Shown here one piece after another: positions 18,560 through 30,520 of a stretch of 64,000 nucleotides of DNA. The DNA is taken from assembly GCA_963769935.1 (NCBI GenBank), contig CAVYNY010000009.1, positions 1 to 64,000 on the forward strand. The letters are read 5' to 3'. Numbering within the stretch: the first letter of the stretch is position 1; each line of letters begins with the position of its first letter. This stretch comes from an uncultured delta proteobacterium. Lineage in GTDB: Bacteria; Desulfobacterota; Desulfobacteria; Desulfobacterales; JAFDCJ01. Below the pieces are notes generated by a model that was given only the letters and a program-made list of their open reading frames with translations, did no database searches and was not told where the DNA came from. Position numbers and translations under genes: made by a program.

Positions 18560-19735
18560 TCAGGAGAGATCCTGATTCGTAAACACAGCCGTGATGCTGT
18601 CTAGCAATGCCATTCCTTGGACAGGTCAAGGCACAGTGGGTTTCTGTGATCTTTAAAAGACCCTCCTTTTCAAAATCGGCAATAACCCCCGCAAAATACT
18701 TCAAAAAATCGATTCCGAACTTTTGCCTGAAATTCCAGCCAGGTCAATCCCTCGGGTGGTCCTGAAGCCCAGATAAATCGCCTCCATAAGCAGCTGTTCG
18801 CGGGTGAGTTTCTCTTTTTCGGCAACCGGCAATTTGCCGGCCTGCAGTATCCGAATATAAGTTTGCACGCTTTTGTGGTTCCAGTAACGCTCGGGCTCTA
18901 TAAAAGAATGCGCTGACGGCCCAAGACCGATGTAGGGTGCCAATGACCAGTATTTCGAATTGTGCCTGGACTTCCAGGGGCTGTCGATAGTTTCTGCCAG
19001 GCGGGCAAAATTGGAAACTTCATAGTGCAGAAAGCCGTGTGCGGTCAGATAATCGATGGTGGTTTCAAATAATCCTCGCAATGTGTCTTCCCCGGCCAAA
19101 CGAACTCGATCCGCGGCCACCTCTTTATCCAAAGGTGTCCCCGACTCGCGGGTTAACATATAACAGGATAGGTGTTCGGGACTAATATCGACCGCCCGCG
19201 CCAAATCGTCCAGCCAGTTGGTTTGTTTCTGGGCCGGCAATCCGTAAATCAGGTCCAGGCCGACATTGGCAAATCCGGCCTGTCGCGCCCAATTAAGGGA
19301 TAACAGGGCCTGATCGACAGTATGAATCCGACCGAGAAACCTGAGGTTTTCTGCCTGAAACGATTGGACGCCGATATTCAGGCGGTTGACGCCGGAGTGA
19401 CGATAATTCGTCAATTCTTGGGGTGTTACGGTGCCCGGATTCACTTCCATAGTGACCTCCGCCTCGGGCAGAATCCTAAAATATTTAAAAGCGGAGGCAA
19501 TGATCCGGGCAACATCGTCTGTTTCCAGAACCGACGGTGTGCCGCCGCCGATATAAAGCGTGTCGAACACCAGCGACACTGGGCTTGCCAGCTGCATTTC
19601 CTTTTGCAGCGCCGCCAGAAAAAGGGGGATTTGGGAACGGTCGGTGACGGAATAAAAATCACAATAGAAACACTTTTTTTCACAAAAGGGGATATGAATG
19701 TAGAGGCCCCCGGATATTTCAGGATTCTTAGTCAT
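18560..19735 (-). CDS. hemW: radical SAM heme chaperone HemW (frameshifts near 18620 and 18700-18740)
   Basis: LYIHIPFCEKKCFYCDF, GGGTPS, YEVSNFA, HNSKYW; the C-terminus continues in shifted frames to TGA at 18560. Confidence 0.88.
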
Positions 19736-19897
19736 ATGGCTTTAATCTCAAAAATGCTGGAAAGCTGAGAGGCTGGGAGGGTGGGAGGGTGGTAAGAAGG
19801 TGAGAAGTGAGCGTACCGCTGATTTTATAGCTGACATATGTCTATACCCTTTAACCTTTAGCCTTTCACCTTTCACCTTTAACCTATCAGCTATCAG

Positions 19898-20227
19898 CTA
19901 TTTCCAGCCCCCGATCAAATGCAAGTGCAAATGAAAAATAACCTGCCCCCCTCCCCGCTCGACATTAATAAACAGGCGATAGCCGGATTTTGCAACACCG
20001 CATTGAGCGGCCATATCTCTGGCCGCCATGAACAGCTCCGACAGGATGGGTTGATCTGCATCCTGGAGATCATTGATGCTGCGGATATGTTTTTTAGGGA
20101 CAATCAAAAGATGAACCGGAGCAGCCGGATGAATATCTTTGAACACAACCAGGATATCGTTTTCGAATAAAAATTCAGTTGGTGTTTCTCCCCGCGAAAT
20201 CCGACAGAACAGGCAGCCTTTTTCCAT
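19898..20227 (-). CDS. hinT: histidine triad nucleotide-binding protein
   Basis: CLFCRI, FKDIHPAAPVHLL, GQVIFHLHLHLIGG. Confidence 0.92.
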   Translation of the reverse strand: MEKGCLFCRISRGETPTEFLFENDILVVFKDIHPAAPVHLLIVPKKHIRSINDLQDADQPILSELFMAARDMAAQCGVAKSGYRLFINVERGGGQVIFHLHLHLIGGWK

Positions 20228-20308
20228 ATGCAATGATTCTCCGTTTGGTGTTTTTGGCACTGCGGCGAAGCTTTGGGGTGATGTTATAGGATTATGCAAA
20301 TTGATATA

Positions 20309-20995
20309 CTAAGATGGAAATGCCCACCTCCCCTGCCGGGTGGGATATTTCAGTGCACCGGCGAGCTCCTTCAGATATCGGGCTCTTGATATTTCACGGG
20401 CGCCGAAACTGATCAGATGCTCGGTGGCGATCTGACAGTCGATGAAGCCAAAGCTGCGCGATTGCAGATACTCCACCAGCACCACCAGAGCGACTTTGGA
20501 AGCATTTGTAATGCGGGTAAACATGGACTCGCCGAAAAAGCAATTACCCAATGAGACACCGTAAAGGCCGCCGGCCAGCCTATCATCCTGCCAGGCCTCA
20601 ACGGAGTGGGCCAAGCCGGATGCGTACAGCCTGCAATAAGCCTGAACCATGTCATCCACGATCCAGGTACCCTCATGCTTTTCCAGGCGCACCTGAGCGC
20701 ATTGCGTGATCACATCTTCAAATGCGCGATCAATGGTTATTTTAAAAACGCCCTTTTTAATGATTTTGCCCAGTGACCTGGAAACTTTGAATTCATCCGG
20801 ATAGAGCACCAGGCGGGGATCGGGCGACCACCAGAGGATCGGTTCACCCGCGGAATACCAGGGGAATATACCCATGCTGTAAGCGAGCAGCAGGCGGTTG
20901 CGGCTCAGATCACCGCCGACAGCCAGCAAGCCTGATTCGGCAGCCAGATGAGGAGGCGGAAAAATGAGGTCTTCCGATAGCTGATAGACGGGCAT
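20309..20995 (-). CDS. aat: leucyl/phenylalanyl-tRNA-protein transferase
   Basis: GLLAVGGDL, AYSMGIFPW, WWSPDPR, FFGESMF; downstream of clpA. Confidence 0.96.
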   Translation of the reverse strand: MPVYQLSEDLIFPPPHLAAESGLLAVGGDLSRNRLLLAYSMGIFPWYSAGEPILWWSPDPRLVLYPDEFKVSRSLGKIIKKGVFKITIDRAFEDVITQCAQVRLEKHEGTWIVDDMVQAYCRLYASGLAHSVEAWQDDRLAGGLYGVSLGNCFFGESMFTRITNASKVALVVLVEYLQSRSFGFIDCQIATEHLISFGAREISRARYLKELAGALKYPTRQGRWAFPS

Positions 20996-21161
20996 GGGAT
21001 TTCGGAATACGGAATGCGGAATGCGGATTTGAGAAAAGGATAAATCCATTTGTAATTCCGAAATTCCCGGATTCGCACTTCCTGAATAATTTTCGCAGCT
21101 TTTGCTCGTTTGGAAACCGTTTCAAAATTTCAGTGGGCTTGATGGATTTTTGAAACAGTCT

Positions 21162-23399
21162 CTAACTGTAATTAAAAGTTAGCTTATCATCCGCCAGATC
21201 GACATGCACCAAGCCGCCTTTTTGTATTTTCCCGAAAAGAATCTCGTCCGAGAGCTGATCTTTAATTTCGGCCTGAATCACCCGCGTCAGCGGCCTGGCA
21301 CCATATTGCGGATCATATCCTTTTTTAGCCAACCAGGTCCGCACGGCCGGCGATATCGTCAGCGCAACTTTTTTGACAGCCAGCTGTCCGTTTAGTTCCG
21401 CCATGAACTTATCGACCACCATTTCCATTATCTCCAGATTGAGGGAATTGAAAGTAATAATCTCATCCAGACGATTGCGAAATTCCGGACTGAATATTTT
21501 TTCAATCGCCTTCATGCCTTTGGAGACCGTATCTTTGCGTACGTCGCCGAAACCAATGGTCTGTTGGCTCATTTCACGGGTGCCGGCATTGGAGGTCATC
21601 ATCAGGATTACATTTCTGAAATCCGCTTTCTTGCCGTTATTATCCGTCAGGGTGGCGTGATCCATGACCTGAAGCAGGATGTTGAACAGGTCCGGATGCG
21701 CTTTCTCGATCTCATCCATCAACAAGACCGAGTGCGGATGCTTCCGAATCCCGTCGGTCAGCAATCCGCCCTGATCAAAACCGATATAACCGGGAGGTGC
21801 GCCGATCAGCCGGGCCACGGTATGTTTTTCCATGTATTCGCTCATATCATAGCGCATAAACTCCACACCCAGAATCATGGCTACCTGGCGGGCCACTTCG
21901 GTCTTGCCGACACCGGTGGGTCCGGTAAACAAAAAGCATCCCACCGGTCTCTGGGGGGTACCCAGTCCGGCCCGCGAGCGCTTTATGGAGGTCACCAGGG
22001 CTTTGATGGCATCGTCCTGGCCGAATACCACTTTTTTCAGACCATCTTCCAGGTTCTCCAGTTTGCTGCGATCCGTGGTGGATACACTCTGGGTTGGAAT
22101 TCGAGCCATTTTAGCCACAATTTTTTCAATGTCCGCCGGATTGATTTTCGTGCGGGTGGCAGCACCTGAAAGTCTGACAAACGCCCCGGCTTCGTCGATG
22201 ACATCAATGGCTTTGTCCGGTAAATAGCGATCGTTGATGAATTTGGCCGACAGTTCGACAGCTGCTTTGAGCGCCGAATCGGTATAGACGATTCCGTGGT
22301 GTTCCTCGTAACGGGAACGCAGTCCTTTCAATATTTTGACGGTTTCACCGACCGGCGGTTCGAAGATCTCGATTTTTTCAAACCGCCGCGACAAGGCACG
22401 GTCCTTCTCGAAATGATTTTTATATTCCTCAAAGGTGGAGGACCCGATGCAGCGGATTTCGCCGCTGGTCAGGACCGGTTTCAGGATGTTGGAGGCATCC
22501 ATGGAACCGCTGCTGGTGGCGCCGGCGCCCACGATGGTGTGAATTTCATCAATGAACAGGATGGCCTTGGGCTTTTTCTTGAGCTCGGCAATCACGCCTT
22601 TTAACCGTTGCTCGAAATCACCGCGGAATTTGGTCCCGGCCAGCATGCCGCCAAGATCAAGAGCAAAAATTTCCACATCTTTCAGCAGGTCGGGCACTTC
22701 ACCTTTCTGGATCTGCTGGGCCAGCCCTTCGGCCATGGCCGTTTTTCCCACACCGGGATCACCGACATAGACCGGATTATTTTTTCGTCGCCGGCACAGC
22801 ACCTGCATGGTACGCTCCATTTCGCTTTTGCGGCCGATGAGCGGATCCAGTTTGCCGTCTGCCGCCATTTTAATCAGGTCGGCCGTAAAAAGCTCCAACG
22901 GGTTGGTTTTTTTCTTGCCCTTGTCCTTGGCCGGTCTCGCCAGTTCAGCAGGCGCGTCATCATAGGGTTCTTTGGAAACGCTGTGGGAAATAAAATTCAA
23001 TACGTCCAGGCGCGTGACCCCTTCGGTGCTGAGAAAATATTCCGCATGCGAATCTTTCTCCAAAAAGATGGAGGCCAGAATATCGCTGACGGTCACCTCC
23101 GGTTTTTCCGCTGAACGTGCGTGATTCACCGCCCGCTGAATAACGCGTTGGAAGCCGATTGTTTGCTGCAGCACATATTCATTGCCGTCGGGAATCCGCT
23201 CTATTTTTTCCTCAAAAAAATCTTCGAGTGAGGTTATCAGTTGATCGACATTGCCACCGCAATTTTCAATGATGTCGATGCCGGTCGGATCGTATAAAAT
23301 GGCAAACAGGATATGTTCAACGCTGACATATTCGTGGCGTCTTTTTTTTGCTTCTCTAACCGCAAAGCCAAGAGTTGCGCTAAGCTCTTTGCTGATCAT
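21162..23399 (-). CDS. clpA: ATP-dependent Clp protease ATPase subunit ClpA
   Basis: Two AAA modules ([16 protein letters not shown]), IGF loop; follows clpS. Confidence 0.97.
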   Translation of the reverse strand: MISKELSATLGFAVREAKKRRHEYVSVEHILFAILYDPTGIDIIENCGGNVDQLITSLEDFFEEKIERIPDGNEYVLQQTIGFQRVIQRAVNHARSAEKPEVTVSDILASIFLEKDSHAEYFLSTEGVTRLDVLNFISHSVSKEPYDDAPAELARPAKDKGKKKTNPLELFTADLIKMAADGKLDPLIGRKSEMERTMQVLCRRRKNNPVYVGDPGVGKTAMAEGLAQQIQKGEVPDLLKDVEIFALDLGGMLAGTKFRGDFEQRLKGVIAELKKKPKAILFIDEIHTIVGAGATSSGSMDASNILKPVLTSGEIRCIGSSTFEEYKNHFEKDRALSRRFEKIEIFEPPVGETVKILKGLRSRYEEHHGIVYTDSALKAAVELSAKFINDRYLPDKAIDVIDEAGAFVRLSGAATRTKINPADIEKIVAKMARIPTQSVSTTDRSKLENLEDGLKKVVFGQDDAIKALVTSIKRSRAGLGTPQRPVGCFLFTGPTGVGKTEVARQVAMILGVEFMRYDMSEYMEKHTVARLIGAPPGYIGFDQGGLLTDGIRKHPHSVLLMDEIEKAHPDLFNILLQVMDHATLTDNNGKKADFRNVILMMTSNAGTREMSQQTIGFGDVRKDTVSKGMKAIEKIFSPEFRNRLDEIITFNSLNLEIMEMVVDKFMAELNGQLAVKKVALTISPAVRTWLAKKGYDPQYGARPLTRVIQAEIKDQLSDEILFGKIQKGGLVHVDLADDKLTFNYS

Positions 23400-23402
23400 A
23401 AT

Positions 23403-23717
23403 CTACTCTCTTTCCATAATGCATTTTAGGGGAAATCCGTTTTCGCGAGCCAAATTTTCTACCAGGTTAACTTTGGTTTCAGCGATCTCATAAGGGTATA
23501 TGCCGCAGACCCCAACGCCTTTGCGGTGCACGTTGAGCATTATCAGAGTGGCCTCCTCCGGCGGCTTTTGAAACACATAAACCAGAACTTCAACCACAAA
23601 ATCCATGGTTGTATAGTTGTCGTTGAGGAGCATCACTTTGAACATGGGCGGTTCATCGACTTCAATACCGGTCTTCGAATCGACCCGCTCCTTTAAGTCC
23701 GGCTCATACTGGCTCAT
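23403..23717 (-). CDS. clpS: Clp protease adaptor ClpS
   Basis: LLNDNYTTMDFVV, MLNVH..G, EIAETKV, FPLKC. Confidence 0.96.
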   Translation of the reverse strand: MSQYEPDLKERVDSKTGIEVDEPPMFKVMLLNDNYTTMDFVVEVLVYVFQKPPEEATLIMLNVHRKGVGVCGIYPYEIAETKVNLVENLARENGFPLKCIMERE

Positions 23718-23830
23718 TGGTGTTTACCCAATTCTATCACGAACTCGGGGGTTATCTATACAATTTTATTATAATCACTTCGTTTAAGGCTTGTAAAGGG
23801 CCATTCCGGATTTTTATCTCGGTCACAAAT

Positions 23831-26359
23831 CTATCGGCCGCAACATTTTTTGTATTTTTTCCCGCTGCCGCAGGGACAGGGGGCATTGCGGCCGACTTTT
23901 TCGGTCGACCGCTTGGCCGGTTTTTTCTTCTCGGGCTCACCGCCTCCGGAAAAGGCCAGCTGCTGTTGTTTCGGCCGCCGGTAGTCATCTATTTTCCGCG
24001 ACTCGGCAATCTGGATGCGGTATAAGATCCCCAGGGTTTCTTCCTTGATCCTTTGGATCATGTCCTGAAATAATTCAAAGCCTTCTTTTTTATAAACGGT
24101 CAGCGGATTTTGCTGGGCATAGCCCCTCAATCCGATGCCTTCCTTGAGATGGTCCATGGAGAGCAAATGATCTTTCCATAAATTATCGACTGTCTGCAGC
24201 ATGACAAAGCGTTCCAGCTGCCGGAATTCATCTGATCCGACGGTCGCTTCACGCGATTCATAGACCTCAGCGGCGGCTTCATAGATCAATTCGGCCAGCC
24301 CGTCCCGATTGAGACCGTTCAAGGTTTCCTCATCAAAGGAATTCAGGCGAAAATTAAACTGCTTGAATACCGCGTCTCGGATTTCTTTCAGGTCCCATTC
24401 TTCAGCGTGTGGATTATCGCCGGCATAGGTATCGGCAATCTCTTCGGCTTTATCCTGGATCATGTCCTGAATCGCCGCTTTCAGATCTGTGCCGTTCAGT
24501 GCTTCCCGCCGCTGACGGTAAATTACCTCCCGCTGCTGGTTCATCACGTCATCGTATTCGATGAGCTGTTTTCGAATTTCAAAATTATGCCCTTCCACTT
24601 TGGATTGGGCATTTTCGATGGCCCGGCTGATCATGCGGTGCTCAATGGGCTCGCCCTCCTGCATCCCCAGCTTTTCCATGATACCGGTGATACGTTCCCC
24701 GCCGAAAATTCGCAAAAGATCGTCTTCCAGGGCCAGATAAAATCGAGACGAACCGGGGTCTCCCTGCCGGCCGGATCGGCCGCGCAGCTGATTGTCAATG
24801 CGCCGGCTTTCATGCCGTTCGGTGCCGAGAATATGCAGTCCGCCTAAATCGGTTACACCTTCGCCCAGCACGATGTCGGTTCCCCGGCCGGCCATGTTGG
24901 TAGAAATGGTCACCGCGTTTCTCTGACCGGCCTGAGCAATAATTTCGGCCTCTTTCTCGTGATTTTTGGCATTCAGCACAGTATGTTGGATGCCCCGCTT
25001 TTTCAATTTTTTGCTAAGCGCTTCGGATACATCAATGGAAATCGTACCCACCAGAACCGGCTGTCCTTTTTTATGCAGTTCTACGATTTCATCCAACGCC
25101 GCGTCAAACTTCTCCTGGCGGGTTTTGTAGATCACATCCGAGAAGTCATTGCGTATCATGGGCATGTTGGTGGGAATCACCATCACATCCAGATTATAAA
25201 TCTTTTTAAATTCGGTGGCCTCGGTATCCGCGGTACCGGTCATACCTGCAAGTTTGGAATACATGCGAAAATAATTCTGGAAGGTAACGGTGGCCAGGGT
25301 CTGATTTTCGTTTTCGATCTTGACGTTTTCTTTGGCTTCCAGGGCCTGATGCAGCCCCTCGCTGTAGCGGCGTCCGGGCATCAATCGCCCGGTAAATTCA
25401 TCGACAATGATGACTTCGCCGTTTTTCACGATATAGTCAACATCAAGTTTAAAGAGCGTATGGGCTTTGAGGGCCTGGTTTATATGGTGCAACAATTCAA
25501 TGTACTTAGGATCGTAGAGATTGTCGATCTGCAGCAGTTTTTCGGCTTTGGCAACACCTTCTTCGGTAAGAATTGACGACCGGGCCTTCTCGTCGATGGT
25601 ATAATCCACCTCCTTTTGCAAGCGTGGAATCAGACCATTGACCTGATAGTACAAGTCGGTGGATTTTTCGGCCGGTCCCGATATGATCAGCGGGTGTTCT
25701 GGCCTCATCGATCAAGATGCTGTCGACCTCGTCCACGATGGCGAAGTTGAGCTCGCCCTGAACCAGCGATTCCCGGTCAAATTTCATATTGTCGCGCAGG
25801 TAATCAAAACCGAATTCGTTGTTCGTCCCGTAAGTAATGTCGGAGCCGTAGGCCGTGCTGGCGTTCTTTGTCGTCCAGACCGTGCAGGATGGATCCCACC
25901 GAAAGTCCTAGAAATCTGTAGATGTTTCCCATCCACTCCGTATCGCGCCTGGCCAGGTAGTCATTGACGGTGATAACATGCACGCCTTTGCGGGTCAGCG
26001 CATTCAAGTAGGCCGGCAGCGTGGCGGCCAGGGTTTTGCCCTCACCGGTTTTCATTTCGGCAATTTTGCCTTGATGCAAGGACGATTCCGCCGATAAGCT
26101 GAACGTCAAAATGCCGCATTTTCAGTGTGCGCAGCGAAGCTTCCCTGAACAGTGGCAAATGCCTCCGGCAAGAGGCTGTCAAGGGTTTCTCCCTGATCAA
26201 GACGCTGTCTGAAAACGGCCGTCTGGGCTTTGAGCTTTCATCGCTCATCGCCTGCATTTCGGGCTCCAGCGCATTGATGCGCTCAACGAACGGTTGCAGC
26301 TGTTTTAGTTCCCGTTCGTTTTTGCTGCCGAAAACTTTGGTTAAAAAATCAAATACCAT
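23831..26359 (-). CDS. secA: preprotein translocase ATPase SecA (several indels in the 5' 700 bp)
   Basis: [69 protein letters not shown]; spread over four ORF-track pieces. Confidence 0.95.
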
Positions 26360-26418
26360 ATTTAAAACACTCCTGCCGGATGCATATTCTTCCGGAGCGA
26401 AGCTGTTTTTGGAATTTT

Positions 26419-26446
26419 ATTATACCAGATTTAAAACCGGTCTCAA
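26419..26446 (-). promoter_or_regulatory. probable secA promoter
   Basis: TTGAGA, 16-nt spacer, TATAAT with extended TG. Confidence 0.5.
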
Positions 26447-26518
26447 GCGTTAATTTTCGACCACCGATATTGGATGAATTGATTTACTTAAAAAAAGGAG
26501 GTCCAGCGTTGAGGGGAG

Positions 26519-27530
26519 TCAAAGCTCAGGCTCAGACCGACCGCCGACTGGCGCAGCGGCCGGTTTCGTCGGAAAAAAGACTGATGGATTATAGTTGAGA
26601 ATGTATTTTTCAGGATTGACCGGAATTCCGTTCAGATGCACTTCGTAGTGAACATGCGGGCCGGTACTGCGGCCGGTGTTGCCCATCAATGCGATGGGTT
26701 CCCACCGTTTCACTTTGTCACCACGCTTTTTTAAAAATTTTTCACAATGCCCGTAGCGGGTAATGATACCGTGGCCGTGATCGATGACAATGGCGTTGCC
26801 CAGCAGTCCTTTTTTACCGGCAAAGGTGACCACCCCGTCGGCGGTCGCCAGGATGGGGGTTCCCTGGCGGCCGGAAATATCATAGCCTTTGTGGAATTCA
26901 CGTCGTCTGGGTAAAGGGAGATTTACGGTATCCGAACTTGGAGGTTATCCAGGTTTTGACGTCACTGGGGACCGGGCGGATGGCCGGCGTGGACGCCAGC
27001 AGATTCTGCTGGTCTTCAAGTGATTTGAGAAGGGATTCGAACCCCTCAGCCTGATTGACGGATGCACGGCTGAGCTGCTCGATCTGTTCGTGCATATCCC
27101 GCATCAGGCTGTTGTGTTTTTCCTTGAGGGGGATATCCGGGTCCAGATCTTCGGGTATCGACCCGCCCACACCGAACATGTTTTCCGACCCATCGTTCTT
27201 TTCAATGTTGGCAATGATGCGGATTTTTTTCTCAAAATTGTTCAGCGCCAGCAGCTTTTCCTTCAGCAGATTAATATCATTGGCAAATTCTTGAATTTGC
27301 ATGCGTTGGTTTTGAATTTCCTCAAGCTGGCTGGAGATATAAATCTCACGGTTTTGCAGGTGTGAGGTCGTTTCCCTCAAGTTATAGTAATCATAAATAA
27401 TATAACCAAAACCGGCAAAAAGTAGCACCAGCGCAAGTCCGAACAGTCGCAGGGATGTTTTGGATGCGCAGATTTGCTTTGCAGGTGCGCCGCTGCTGCC
27501 CAGTATGACAAAAGAAATTTTCTTTCGCAT
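26519..27530 (-). CDS. membrane-anchored coiled-coil M23 metallopeptidase (frameshift near 26900)
   Basis: N-terminal TM, coiled coil, ITSKFGYRKSPF, then HKGYD, YGH and GRSTGPHVHYEV in the shifted frame. Confidence 0.88.
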
Positions 27531-27600
27531 GATCAATACACCTTATGGAGCCCGTAGAAGCGTTCCTCGATATTTCGATTACGAAAAAGCTTGGCGCATT

Positions 27601-27640
27601 ACATAAACAAACGCCTTTGGGAAAAATCACCCAAAGGCGT
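27601..27640 (-). terminator. intrinsic terminator (riboswitch expression platform)
   Basis: acgcctttggg / cccaaaggcgt 11-bp stem followed by a U-rich run on the minus strand. Confidence 0.75.
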
Positions 27641-27649
27641 CACAATAGG

Positions 27650-27740
27650 TATTCGGCAACCTGGCGATCCTGGCCTTCAACGGCTTTAGATCCATGGTTT
27701 TGCGTCGCCATCTTTCGGTGACTTTGCCCTTTCGCTGAAC
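27650..27740 (-). ncRNA. c-di-GMP-I (GEMM-I) riboswitch
   Basis: AGGGCAAA-GTCAC-CGAAAGA-TGGC-GACGCAAAA-CCATGGATCTAA...GATCGCCAGGTTGCCGAA. Confidence 0.88.
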
Positions 27741-27759
27741 AATTTGGTCTTAAAGTTAA

Positions 27760-27788
27760 ACTATATTTGGTACCGTTGTTTTTGTCAA
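27760..27788 (-). promoter_or_regulatory. sigma70 promoter upstream of the riboswitch
   Basis: TTGACA, 17-nt spacer, TATAGT. Confidence 0.72.
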
Positions 27789-28077
27789 GTTTTAAATCCA
27801 TGGCTTACACTGTGTTGCCGGTACCCGGCAAGGGTCTCGCCGGCCGATCGGGGCGCTCAAGCCCGCCCCTGGTCTCCGGCCTTAAAAAATGATCCAGCGG
27901 ACGCCCCCCTATAGGGTGAATTTGGCGCCCATGCCTGCCACTGAACTACAAGTGAAATTGCGAACCATTCCCTATATCGGCCAATAGAAAAAAAACATTA
28001 GCTTTTTTTTAATTTTTAATTGCCGGCACCAAAAACCCTTGCCGATCTTGCAACATCGGACCAGGTAAAAATCCCGA

Positions 28078-28986
28078 TCAGGCGATGCCGAGTTTGAATT
28101 TCAGCGATTTTAAGGTGTTTACCATCAGCATGGTGACGGTCATCGGGCCCACACCGCCGGGTACCGGCGTAATGTAGCCGGCAATTTCCTTGGCTGCTTC
28201 AAAATCAACATCACCTTTCAGAATGGCGATCTTTTTACCGGTCTTCTCGCTGATTTTTTCGCCGACCCGGTTGACCCCGACGTCAATTACACAGGCGCCC
28301 GGTTTAATCCACTGCGGTTTCACCAGCCCGGGCACACCGGCGGCAACAATCAGAATGTCCGCCCGCTTGCAGTGGCCTTCCAAATCTTTGGTACGCGTGT
28401 GCACAACCGTCACGGTAGAATTGGCACCCGGACCTTTTTGCAGCATCATGTTGGCAATCGGCTTGCCGACGATGTTTGAACGGCCGACGACGACGACCTC
28501 GGCGCCGCTGGTTTCCACACCGGATCGAACAATCATCTCCTGAATGCCGGCCGGTGTGCAGGGGGGGAATTTCACCTCGGCGCCGCCGATCATCAGCCGG
28601 CCCACGTTCACCGGATGAAAACCGTCCACATCTTTATCAGGATCGATGGCATTGAGAACCTTTTTTTCATCGATGTGTTTGGGCAATGGCAGTTGCACTA
28701 AAATCCCATTAATGCTGTCGTCCTAGTTATATTTTTCCACCAGGGCCAAAAGATCTTTTTCCGAAATATCTACCGGTTGACTGTCCTGAATCTCTTTGAA
28801 TCCCAGTTGATCGGCTGTTTTGATCTTTAACGTAACGTAGGAAATGGAAGCCGGATTTTCACCGACCAGAATTGTCACAAGGCCGGGAACCACGCCATGT
28901 TTCTCTTTGATTTCCTTCACCTCATTCTTAATTTCTTCGAGAATTACTTCGCGAATTTCCGTTCCCATGATTAGCTTTGCGGTCAT
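28078..28986 (-). CDS. folD: methylenetetrahydrofolate dehydrogenase/cyclohydrolase with in-frame TAG at 28725-28723
   Basis: [60 protein letters not shown]; both ORF-track pieces share one frame. Confidence 0.93.
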
Positions 28987-29278
28987 CTTCAACCTCCTTC
29001 TTAAATTGGTTTACGCCTGCCAGTCAATCCTTTGGCCCGTTTTTAGTTTCAACGTGCGCATTTTACTAATTCAATTAAACCGAGATGTCAAGAAGACATC
29101 CGACTGGATACTGAATACTGAATACTTGATACTGGTTGCTGGGTGCTCGATACCGGTTTCCGGGTGATCGTCAGGGGTTGAAGGCTGACGGCTTAACAGA
29201 TTTTCAATCAATTATCAATCAATCCCATCAACAGTGTACGCTGAAAATCCAATAACCAATAACTGCCAACCTCAAGCA

Positions 29279-30316
29279 TTACAGCGGAAACGGCACATGA
29301 AGCAGTCCCGCGGTTTCATCAAGACCAAGCATAATATTCATATTCTGTACAGCTTGACCGGCCGCCCCTTTCACAAGATTGTCGATGGCCGAAATGAGTA
29401 TCAGGCGGTTGTTTTTTTTATCCATCTTAAAGCCGATGTCGCAATAGTTGGTGCCGCGTACGTGCAGGGTATCGGGCAACCTGTCATCCTGGCAGAGGCG
29501 AATGAAAGGTCGCCGGTAATACGCATTTTTATAGCAGTCGAAGATTTGCTGTTCTTTCAGGTCCACCGCCGGGGTGGCATATATGGTTGTCAGCATGCCG
29601 CGTGTCATGGGAACCAAATGGGGCACAAACGTAATGGAGACCGGTCGGCGGGCTTCTTGGCTTAAGACGGCATCCATTTCGGGATTATGACGATGTACCG
29701 CCACCTTGTATGCCTTAAAGGATTCATTCACTTCGCAGTAGTGGGTGGTGAGTGCCAGGGAGCGCCCGGCGCCGCTGACGCCTGATTTGGAATCTGCCAC
29801 GAGGCTGCCAGGGTCCAACATACCCTCTTTTATCAGCGGGATCAGCGGCAAAAGCACACTGGTGGGGTAACACCCCGGGTTGCCGATGAGCCTGGCGTTT
29901 TTAATCCGATCGGCATAGATTTCGCTCAGACCGTAAACCGTTGATTTGAGCAGTTCTCTGGCAGAGTGCGGCTGATAGGTAGCTTCATAAAGGTCGGCAT
30001 CATTGAATCGAAAATCCGCGGAAAGATCGATGACCTTTTTGTCATGTTTTAAAATATCCGGGACAAAAGCCATGGGCAGTTTGTGGGGAAGCGCCATAAA
30101 TACCAGATCCGCCTGGGCACAAATGCGGTCCGGGGCATATTCCTGGCAAACCAGATCAACCAGTCCGGCCATGGCTGGATATACTTGATCAAATTTAACA
30201 CCTGCGTGCTGGCGCGATGTTAAGATTGTCAGTTGGATATCAGGGTGGCCGGATAAAATCCTGACAAGCTCTGCACCGGCATATCCGGTGGCTCCCACTA
30301 CGGCAACAGGGGTCAT
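29279..30316 (-). CDS. argC: N-acetyl-gamma-glutamyl-phosphate reductase
   Basis: GATGYAG, DLSADFR, NPGCYPT, SGVSGAG, DNLVKGAAGQAVQN. Confidence 0.97.
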   Translation of the reverse strand: MTPVAVVGATGYAGAELVRILSGHPDIQLTILTSRQHAGVKFDQVYPAMAGLVDLVCQEYAPDRICAQADLVFMALPHKLPMAFVPDILKHDKKVIDLSADFRFNDADLYEATYQPHSARELLKSTVYGLSEIYADRIKNARLIGNPGCYPTSVLLPLIPLIKEGMLDPGSLVADSKSGVSGAGRSLALTTHYCEVNESFKAYKVAVHRHNPEMDAVLSQEARRPVSITFVPHLVPMTRGMLTTIYATPAVDLKEQQIFDCYKNAYYRRPFIRLCQDDRLPDTLHVRGTNYCDIGFKMDKKNNRLILISAIDNLVKGAAGQAVQNMNIMLGLDETAGLLHVPFPL

Positions 30317-30520
30317 TTCTTTGAACTCCTTTTGGGCATACTGCATGCGCCGGTAGTCAATCCGCGTTTAATATCCGTTTCAGCTGGGAAACAAATGTTG
30401 GCAAAGTCGACTATTACCAGAGACTGAACGCCACTGCAAGGGGAGATTCAACAGAGGGTGAGGCGGACGCTATTTCCGACGGCGGCTAATTGGAAGGTAT
30501 GGAACCCAGGCCCGCAGCAT

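Noticed and set aside
23831..26359. Programmed frameshifting or true pseudogenisation of secA
   Set aside because: Essential gene with intact motifs and multiple scattered indels; sequencing error is more parsimonious.
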